From contig NC_003450.3 in assembly GCF_000011325.1 (NCBI RefSeq), positions 3,150,001 through 3,182,000 on the forward strand: 32,000 nucleotides of DNA. The letters are read 5' to 3'. Positions 18,445 to 25,027 of the stretch are shown piece by piece. This DNA is from Corynebacterium glutamicum ATCC 13032 (GTDB taxonomy: Bacteria > Actinomycetota > Actinomycetes > Mycobacteriales > Mycobacteriaceae). Under the pieces are notes generated by a model that ran no database searches, was not told where the DNA came from, and worked only from the letters and a program-made list of their open reading frames with translations. Positions within the stretch are counted from its first letter, which is position 1, and each line of letters begins with the position of its first letter. The position numbers and the translations under genes were made by a program.

Positions 18445-18768
18445 AACATCACCCTTCGACCGCCGTCACCCCTGTGCCCCACCCCGGGCCGGCGGCATCG
18501 CCTCCCCTGGTCGGTTCAGCAGGCGTCACCAGGGATTTCACTGCCTGCACCGCATACCCGGGGCGGGTAGAAGGACATCGTCCACGGCTGTGGGGTGGTG
18601 TCCCGGTGGTGACCCAGCCCACCGGAGTCACCCCCTTTTCGCCCTGTTATAAGGCTGTGAGCAGGGTTTTTGATTTCTGGGCCGTCAGGCACCCGTGCTA
18701 GAAAAGGTATGGCATCGACCTTGAGGCGGTGTCTTCTCACGGTCTTACCACGATCCAAGGAGATTGAC

Positions 18769-19344
18769 GTGAAACGAGCAGCGATCGCAGCCGCCGCCCT
18801 TACCCTCGCCCTCACGGGGTGTTCGGCCGCCGACCCGGAACCCACCGCCGACGGGACGGTGTCCCAGGATACATTCCTGACTACCCATGGCCTGGCCGCC
18901 ATGGACGCGGTGGAGATCATTGATCACCTCGACCGGCAGAAGGTCACTGAGCGTCCCACGGATCTGATCGCCTCAGTGCGTGCCGATGAACTGCTGCTCT
19001 CGAGCGATGACCAGGAAGTCGTGGTCGATCTTCCCGACAATCAGACGTATGTCTCGATCGCACCCTACCTCACCTCCACCCACGACTGCTTCTACCACAG
19101 CCTCACGACCTGCCTGGGGGAACTCGACAATGAGGATATCCAGGTCACGATCACCGATGAAGCGACCGGCGAGGTCCTGATCGATGAGCAAACCACCACC
19201 TTCGACAACGGGTTTGTCGGCTTCTGGCTTCCCGATGATGCCACCGGCACCATCGAGATCACCCATCAGGGGCGCACCGGTGTCACCGAGTTCTCCACCA
19301 CCGAGGACGGGGCCACCTGTGTCACGGACCTGCGCCTGACCTGA
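18769..19344 (+). CDS. CueP-like secreted copper-binding lipoprotein
   Basis: SD AAGGAG lies 6 nt before the GTG at 18769. The lipobox is LALTGC. Three Cys are spaced as I recall for CueP (THDCFYHSLTTCLGEL ... GATCVTDL). The family call is from memory. Confidence 0.75.
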   Translation: MKRAAIAAAALTLALTGCSAADPEPTADGTVSQDTFLTTHGLAAMDAVEIIDHLDRQKVTERPTDLIASVRADELLLSSDDQEVVVDLPDNQTYVSIAPYLTSTHDCFYHSLTTCLGELDNEDIQVTITDEATGEVLIDEQTTTFDNGFVGFWLPDDATGTIEITHQGRTGVTEFSTTEDGATCVTDLRLT

Positions 19345-19414
19345 TGCCTCAGCAGCGGGTTTCCCCTGATCCTTCCCCTGTGTCACTCAGACTTGCACCA
19401 AGGACGGTTTAACC

Positions 19415-20896
19415 ATGACAAGTAGTTTTTCCCGGCGACAGTTTCTGCTCGGCGGGCTCGTACTCGCCGGCACCGGGGCCGTGGCCGCCTGCACCAGCGA
19501 CCCTGGACCCGCTGCCTCGGCACCAGGTCCCTCCCTTCGCCCCACTCCCACCCCCACTGCGCTCGGTGAGCCGACGGTGCGCCGGACACTGACCGCCCGG
19601 CCCCTCTCCCTGGATATCGGCGGCATCGAAGCCAAGACGTGGGGATACGTCTCTGACACCGGGGATGCGGCCATTGAGGCCACCGCCGGCGACGTCCTCC
19701 AGGTCGATATCACCAATGAACTGCCTGAGAGCACCTCCATCCACTGGCATGGCATCGCACTCCACAACGCAGCCGACGGTGTGCCCGGCATGACCCAGGA
19801 CCCCATTGAACCTGGCGAGTCTTTCTCCTATGTTTTTGAAGTCCCCCACGGTGGCACCTACTTCTACCATTCCCACACCGGCCTGCAGCTTGATCGCGGC
19901 CTCCACGCCCCACTGATCATCCGTGACCCGCAAGACGCTGAGGACCAGGACGTCGAGTGGACCATCGTGCTCGACGACTGGGTCGATGGCATTCAGGGCA
20001 CTCCCGACGATGAGCTCGACAAGCTCACCGGAATGGGTTCGGGCGACCATAACGGGAGGATGGGAATGGGAGGTCACGGCCAGATGATGCACGGCACCCC
20101 GGACCGGGTACTGGGCGGGGATGTCGGCGATGTGATGTATCCGCACTACCTCATCAACGGACGTATCCCCCGTGCTCACCGGACCTTCGAGGCTCGCCCG
20201 GGCGACAAGGCCCGCCTGCGGTTTATCAACTCCGGCGGTGACACCATCTTCAAGGTGGCCCTCGGTGGTCACCGCATGACTGTCACCCACACCGACGGCT
20301 TCCCTGTCCAGCCCTGGGAGACCGAATCGATCTACCTGTCGATGGGCGAGCGTGTCGACGTCGAGGTCATCCTCGGCGACGGCATCTTCCCGCTCACGGC
20401 TTTGGCGGTGGGTAAGGACGACCGCGCCTTCGCCGTCATCCGCACCGCCGGCGGCCAGGCCCCCCGCCCCGATGTCGACTTCCCCGAGTTGTCGTCCACC
20501 GGACTGCTTCTGTCCTCCCTGAAGCCAGCAGACCGTGCACTCCTGCCCGAGGGCACACCAGACCGAGAAGTCAGCATCGACCTGGGCGGGCAGATGATGC
20601 CGTATGAATGGAGCATTCTCACCGACGGCCAATCCTCCTCCGCGACCGTGCAGGAGGGCCAGCGCCTGCGGATGGTCATGCGCAACAGGACCATGATGCC
20701 CCATCCCATGCACATCCACGGCCACACGTGGGCGCTGCCCGGCAGCGGCGGGCTACGCAAGGACACCGTCCTTCTCCGCCACGGTGAAACCATGATCGCC
20801 GACCTGATCGCTGACAACCCCGGTGAGTGGGCATTTCACTGCCATAACGCCTATCACATGGAAACCGGGATGGTCAGCTCGCTTCGCTACGAGTAA
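19415..20896 (+). CDS. copO: multicopper oxidase, Tat-exported lipoprotein
   Basis: Twin-arginine signal SRRQFLLGG followed by AVAAC. The four copper-ligand motifs are HWHG, HSH, HPMHIHGH and HCHNAYHMETGM. Confidence 0.95.
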   Translation: MTSSFSRRQFLLGGLVLAGTGAVAACTSDPGPAASAPGPSLRPTPTPTALGEPTVRRTLTARPLSLDIGGIEAKTWGYVSDTGDAAIEATAGDVLQVDITNELPESTSIHWHGIALHNAADGVPGMTQDPIEPGESFSYVFEVPHGGTYFYHSHTGLQLDRGLHAPLIIRDPQDAEDQDVEWTIVLDDWVDGIQGTPDDELDKLTGMGSGDHNGRMGMGGHGQMMHGTPDRVLGGDVGDVMYPHYLINGRIPRAHRTFEARPGDKARLRFINSGGDTIFKVALGGHRMTVTHTDGFPVQPWETESIYLSMGERVDVEVILGDGIFPLTALAVGKDDRAFAVIRTAGGQAPRPDVDFPELSSTGLLLSSLKPADRALLPEGTPDREVSIDLGGQMMPYEWSILTDGQSSSATVQEGQRLRMVMRNRTMMPHPMHIHGHTWALPGSGGLRKDTVLLRHGETMIADLIADNPGEWAFHCHNAYHMETGMVSSLRYE

Positions 20897-21046
20897 CCCC
20901 CACAGCAGGGTTGAGTGCCGAGGTGGGCAGAGTCGCTGCAGACCACCCACCGGGCAGCACGATGACCTTCCTCGGTGTTGTGGTCTTCCGGGACAACCAG
21001 AACACCGTCTTCTTCCTCACCGCCCCGGAATAAGGAGATCTAATCC

Positions 21047-21620
21047 ATGCCGAGCACACCCCGCAGAGCCGCCATCGCGGTTGCCGCGGTGCTCACCGCC
21101 GTGACCCTGGTGGCCTGTTCCTCAGGCGACGGCGCCCGAAACGCCGTCGCCGTCGGGGGGCACCTTCCAGTTCCACTCACCAGGAGGCCAAACCGAGATT
21201 ATCTACGCAGAGGAGGAACGTGCCCCGCTGCCGGACTTCTCCGGCCCGTCGCTGATGGAGGAGGGTGAGGAGATCAGCCTGTCTGATTTTGAAGGCGAGG
21301 TCGTCGTCCTCAACGCTTGGGGCCAGTGGTGTGCACCGTGTCGGGCGGAAGTCGATGACCTGCAGCTTGTCCAGGAGACTCTCGACCCCCTCGGTGGCAC
21401 GGTGCTGGGCATCAACGTCCGTGACTACAACCAGACCATCGCCCAGGACTTCAAACTCGACAACGCGGTGACCTATCCCTCGATCTACGACCCGCCGTTT
21501 CGTATCGCTGCGGCCCTGGGTGGGGTGCCGACCTCGGTCATCCCGACCACCATTGTCCTGGACCGAAGCCACCGCCCGGCCGCGGTGTTCCTGAGGGAGG
21601 TCACCGCGTTGTCTGGTTAG
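21047..21620 (+). pseudogene. tlpA: TlpA/ResA-like thiol:disulfide oxidoreductase, split by a frameshift in a G6 run
   Basis: The signal/lipobox part (MPSTPRRAAIAVAAVLTAVTLVACSSGD..., ORF 21047-21268) and the thioredoxin-fold part (GTFQFHSPGGQTEIIYAEEERAPLPDFSGPSLMEEGEEISL...WGQWCAPCRAE..., ending at 21620) are in different frames. They join cleanly if the run GGGGGG at 21155-21160 had five G. The thioredoxin part alone equals ORF 21255-21620. Confidence 0.8.
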
Positions 21621-22537
21621 TCCTGGGAGGTGATGAGCTCGAGGACGATCTTGCCGCGGGCGTGGCCCTGCTCAACGTGGGCCAGGGCCTTACCGGCCTG
21701 TTCCAGCGGGTAGGTCGTATCGACCTTCGGGTCGACCAGCCCGTACTGGACCACCCCGGTGATCTGTCCGACCATTTCCGGGGTGCGGCGCAGCACCTGT
21801 CCACCGAGTTCTCCCACGGTGGCAGCATCAGCCGCCGAGATCACGTGCGCCGGATTCTTCGCTAAGGGAGCAACCACCCGCAACGCCTCCCCGCCGACTA
21901 GGTCGAAGACTACGTCCACACCGTCAGGGAGCAGCGCACGCACCTGCTCCGCGACGGCGTCGCCGGTGGCGACGAAGATAGCACCGGTGGATTCGATGAG
22001 CTCGCGCTTGTCCTCGTGGTCAACGCCGACGACCTGGAACTTGTGGACCCGTCCGATCTGCGCGGCCATCAGCCCGACCCCACCACCGGCCCCATTGATC
22101 AGCAACGACTGGCCTGGTTCAAGCTCGACCTGGTGAGTGCCGGCGTAGGCGCTCGCCCCAGCGACCGGGATCGCGGCGGCGTCGGTGAACGAGATCTCCT
22201 CCGGCTTTAGCACGGTACTCTCTGCCACCAGCAGGGTGTCCTCGGCATATCCGCCGACGCCGGGGGCCACCAGGCCGAGCACCGGATCGCCGACCGCGAA
22301 GCCCTCCACACCGTCTCCAACGGCGGTGACGATCCCGGAGGCCTCCTCGCCCAGGGGTGCCGGAAGCTCTCGCGGGGTTCCGGCAACCCCGGAACGGACC
22401 TTCCAATCAAGCGGGTTGACCCCGGCCGCGTGGACCTTGACCCCGAGTTCTCCCGGGCCTGGCTGGGGGGTGTTGCGGGTGATCAGTTCCTGGTTTTCCG
22501 GGCCGCCGTACTCGTTGGACACGTATACCTTCGACAT
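21617..22537 (-). CDS. zinc-type alcohol dehydrogenase / NADPH:quinone oxidoreductase family protein
   Basis: SD GGAGAGGAAG precedes the ATG at 22537 (MSKVYVSNEYGGPENQEL...). The MDR-family layout carries the nucleotide-binding motif LINGAGGGVGLMAAQIG. Its stop overlaps the tlpA stop (TTAG, convergent). Confidence 0.88.
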   Translation of the reverse strand: MSKVYVSNEYGGPENQELITRNTPQPGPGELGVKVHAAGVNPLDWKVRSGVAGTPRELPAPLGEEASGIVTAVGDGVEGFAVGDPVLGLVAPGVGGYAEDTLLVAESTVLKPEEISFTDAAAIPVAGASAYAGTHQVELEPGQSLLINGAGGGVGLMAAQIGRVHKFQVVGVDHEDKRELIESTGAIFVATGDAVAEQVRALLPDGVDVVFDLVGGEALRVVAPLAKNPAHVISAADAATVGELGGQVLRRTPEMVGQITGVVQYGLVDPKVDTTYPLEQAGKALAHVEQGHARGKIVLELITSQD

Positions 22538-22907
22538 CGTGTGCTTCCTCTCCTCGTGAATTTCTTTCCTGTGGTCACGGCCGTTTGCGGCCTTGCCTGT
22601 CACGGTAGGAAGATGATCACCGCGAGACCATGACGTGGATCAAAGAGTGAAAGAAGTGATCACGAAGGACCCCACCGACATTGGGGGATCTATCGCGCAG
22701 GCCCCTTCGTGCCGCTAAGGTCGGTGTCGCTTGCCACAGCGTGCCCAGGGCCTCTCGATGCCCTAGGTGAGGCCTGCCCCTGTTCCCAGCAGGAGCAGGC
22801 ATTTTTCTCCGTCGTCACCCTTCGGGGACGGCAGGACCCTGACATGCATATCCCACACCGCCTCAACGGTTGCGCACCATGAATCCCGAAAAACCGGCTA
22901 GTACCGG

Positions 22908-23075
22908 TTAAACCTGCGGCAGTGGGGAGGCCCTGAGGCGAAGGTCGGTGATGCAGGTGGCTCCGTCCGTACCGGTGGTGAAGTAGGAGTAGCCGATGAA
23001 CCCGTTGTCGAAGGTGGTTGCCTGCTCCGAGACGAGCACCGCACCCGTGCCGTCCTCAATGATCTCCAACTCCTG
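22908..23075 (-). pseudogene. C-terminal fragment of a second cueP-like gene
   Basis: ...LEIIEDGTGAVLVSEQATTFDNGFIGYSYFTTGTDGATCITDLRL... aligns with VTITDEATGEVLIDEQTTTFDNGFVGFW...TTEDGATCVTDLRL of the 18769 gene, apart from a ~17-aa internal gap. No N-terminal two-thirds is present. Confidence 0.7.
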
Positions 23076-23076
23076 G

Positions 23077-23469
23077 GCGATTGAGACCACCTGCGCGCTC
23101 TACCTGCCCGTCGAGGCCCTGGCCGAGGTCGTGGACGCCTACCCGCAACTGGCGTTGGCGATCATGCGGATGCAGCAGGACCAATTGGTCCGGTCCCGGG
23201 AACGCGAGACCGCACAGACCACCTCGACTGTCGAGCAGCGCGTGGCCGCCGCCCTCCAACACCTGGACGCCAAGCTCGGGCAAATCCGACAAGACGGATC
23301 CAGCCTGCTGCAGGTCCGCCTGCGCCGCGACGACGTGGCCGGCACCACCGTCGAGTCCGCCTCCCGGGCAATGGCGCGGATGAAGAAAACCGGTGTCATC
23401 GACTCCGGCCGCGAATGGATCGCCATTACCAACCACCAGGCCCTGGCCGACCTGGTCGCCGGCCTCTAA
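23077..23469 (+). pseudogene. FNR-type Crp/Fnr-family regulator lacking the N-terminal sensory (cNMP/beta-barrel) domain
   Basis: Only the end of the barrel, the dimerisation helix and the HTH are present: AIETTCALYLPVEALAEVVDAYPQLALAIMRMQQDQL...EQRVAAALQHL...DDVAGTTVESASRAMARMKKTGVI...IAITNHQALADLVAG. The recognition helix has the FNR-type E-x-x-S-R motif. The first 27 codons of listed ORF 22996-23469 are antisense to the cueP-like fragment. Confidence 0.7.
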
Positions 23470-23529
23470 ACGCCCACATCCCTCTCTCTTTCCCAGGACA
23501 ATTTCCCGGTAGGAGAGATTTGTCGTTGT

Positions 23530-23571
23530 TTGATCCAGGTCAAGGAATTAACCCGGAAAGGACCGTATCTT
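23530..23571 (+). promoter_or_regulatory. P1: FNR-type box TTGATCCAGGTCAA + 22 nt + TATCTT (class-II geometry) upstream of the HMA chaperone
   Basis: The box is 23530-23543 (centre 23536.5) and the -10-like hexamer is 23566-23571. The centre lies 29.5 bp from the first base of the hexamer, as for a -41.5 site. Confidence 0.55.
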
Positions 23572-23624
23572 TAAAGGTGCAAGCACAGGAACATGACGAT
23601 AAAAGATGAAAGGACCTGGTTACG

Positions 23625-23861
23625 ATGACCGCCCCCGCCACGCTGAAGAACACCACCTTGCGCTCTGATGAGTTCACCTGTCCGAGCTGTGTCGCCAAGA
23701 TCGAAAACAAGCTGAATGGTTTGGACGGCGTGGAGAATGCGGAGGTGAAGTTCTCCTCCGGACGCATCCTGATCACCCACGACCCACAGAAGGTCTCCGT
23801 ACGTGACCTGGTCACCGCGGTAGCCGAGGTCGGTTACACCGCCAAGCCGTCGGCGATCTGA
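23625..23861 (+). CDS. HMA-domain metallochaperone (CPSC metal site)
   Basis: 78 aa with a ferredoxin-like HMA pattern: LRSDEFTCPSCVAKIENKLNGLDGVENAEVKFSSGRILITHDP...AVAEVGYTA. Confidence 0.85.
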   Translation: MTAPATLKNTTLRSDEFTCPSCVAKIENKLNGLDGVENAEVKFSSGRILITHDPQKVSVRDLVTAVAEVGYTAKPSAI

Positions 23862-23880
23862 CGCACTCCCGACCCCACAA

Positions 23881-23910
23881 GCCCGCCCGCACCAGAAAGT
23901 GCCGGCGGGC
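23881..23910 (+). terminator. GC-rich hairpin downstream of the chaperone gene (no U-tract)
   Basis: GCCCGCCCGCAC-cagaaa-GTGCCGGCGGGC is a 12-bp stem with one mismatch. Confidence 0.45.
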
Positions 23911-23975
23911 CATCTGTGCCCCCGGGCTACGAGCACCACAGTCTTTTTGCGATCCATATCTCACTTTGCGGGTAC

Positions 23976-24017
23976 TTGATGCGGATCAAGGTACTTTCTC
24001 CGGATTGTTCATAACTT
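23976..24017 (+). promoter_or_regulatory. P2: consensus FNR box TTGATGCGGATCAA + 22 nt + TAACTT upstream of the repeat protein
   Basis: The box is 23976-23989 (centre 23982.5) and the hexamer is 24012-24017. The geometry is the same as P1 and P3. The ~90 bp from the box to the ATG is a diverged duplicate of the P3 region. Confidence 0.55.
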
Positions 24018-24066
24018 AATGAGTATCACAGAAAACACCTGATCTTCATCATGAAAGGACACCACC

Positions 24067-24384
24067 ATGGCCGAAGTAACCTTTGCCAGTCTCCACGAGA
24101 AAATGAACTTCCTGCTCAAGGACCACGGGGTCGAGAACTTCGACGAGTCGGATCTGGACCTCGAATCCGTCTCCTCACTGCACGCCAAGGCGAACGCGTT
24201 ATGCGCCGCCCACGGCGGTGACCCCTCCCGCATGGCGAACGATACCCTCGCCCAGCTGCACCCGAAGCTGGACTTCCTGATGAAGGGGCACGGCGTGGAC
24301 ACCGACACTGCCCGCCTGGACTTGAGCACACTGGAGGCTGTGGATGCCAAGGTCAACGCCGTTGTCAACGCCCACGATCATTAG
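24067..24384 (+). CDS. small acidic protein made of two ~46-aa tandem repeats with conserved His positions; function unknown
   Basis: 105 aa, with SD AAAGGA upstream. Repeat 1 is TFASLHEKMNFLLKDHGVENFDESDLDLESVSSLHAKANALCAAHG. Repeat 2 is TLAQLHPKLDFLMKGHGVDTDTARLDLSTLEAVDAKVNAVVNAHD. About 20 of 46 positions are identical. Confidence 0.7.
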   Translation: MAEVTFASLHEKMNFLLKDHGVENFDESDLDLESVSSLHAKANALCAAHGGDPSRMANDTLAQLHPKLDFLMKGHGVDTDTARLDLSTLEAVDAKVNAVVNAHDH

Positions 24385-24636
24385 CGACTGGACCATCTTT
24401 CCGAAGTGGGAGCCGCGCTGTCCTCATGTCCACACCGACCCGTGAACGACAGGGACCGAATCTTCTCGCAAGAACTCGAGCCCTGAATACAGGCGACATC
24501 CAGGGTGCCATACGCAACGGCTACTCCCGCCTATCACAGTGTGGCGGCGTTGTACCGCGTGAGCCGTCCTGCGGGCCAGGACGACACTATCCACCTAGGA
24601 CATCTCAAGGAGACCCGTGACGCCTACCAGTGACGC

Positions 24637-24774
24637 GTAGATGACGACCTCGCCCTGTTCCCCTCCCTTGCGGCGCCCGACCCACACGGCCGCCACCCGA
24701 TCCGGGAATGGCTGAGCACTCACACCGGCCCTCTCATGGACCCCGGCTGTACCGCCAAACCCTCGGCCTACTAA
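24637..24774 (+). pseudogene. possible degenerate remnant of a second HMA-chaperone gene
   Basis: The frame ending in TAA at 24772-24774 reads VDDDLALFPSLAAPDPHGRHPIREWLSTHTGPLMDPGCTAKPSAY*. Its tail GCTAKPSAY* parallels GYTAKPSAI* of the 23625 gene (~21 of 30 nt identical), with weak similarity further upstream. Confidence 0.3.
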
Positions 24775-24830
24775 ACACCCCCTATCCGAGTACCCGGGAA
24801 AGGAGCATGATCGACGCCACGTCATCTCCA

Positions 24831-24876
24831 CGCCAGGAACCCACCAGCACCGTGCGGTGCTGGTGGGTTCCTGGCG
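24831..24876. repeat. 46-bp essentially perfect palindrome (22-bp arms)
   Basis: CGCCAGGAACCCACCAGCACCG-tg-CGGTGCTGGTGGGTTCCTGGCG. This is why the peptide QEPTST.RCWWVPGV appears in ORFs on both strands. No U-tract follows. Confidence 0.95.
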
Positions 24877-24937
24877 TTGACAGGCCACGTGGCATGCTCT
24901 TCTGCTCCACCTCGTCAGGTCGGAGGTGTGTGGGTGA

Positions 24938-24979
24938 TTGATCCAGGTCAAGGAAGTTTCTCCGGAATTGTCCTAACTT
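24938..24979 (+). promoter_or_regulatory. P3: FNR-type box TTGATCCAGGTCAA + 22 nt + TAACTT upstream of the P1B ATPase
   Basis: The box is 24938-24951 (centre 24944.5) and the hexamer is 24974-24979. The geometry is identical to P1 and P2. Confidence 0.55.
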
Positions 24980-25027
24980 AATGAGTGTCACAAGAAAAAG
25001 ACCCTCAAAAAGTAAAGGACACCCATC

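Noticed and set aside
20963-21037. 24-codon ORF MTFLGVVVFRDNQNTVFFLTAPE between copO and tlpA
   Set aside because: There is no SD sequence, it is very short, and I recognise no family. It could be a remnant of something, but I cannot support it.
24807-24941. 45-codon ORF (MIDATSSPRQEPTSTVRCWWVPGVDRPRGMLFCSTSSGRRCVGD) preceded by GAAAGGAG and ending inside the P3 FNR box
   Set aside because: The AGGAG is only 1 nt from the ATG, which is too close. Most of the peptide is dictated by the 46-bp palindrome, since the same peptide appears on the opposite strand. I treat it as a by-product of the palindrome rather than a leader peptide. Ribosome profiling could overturn this.
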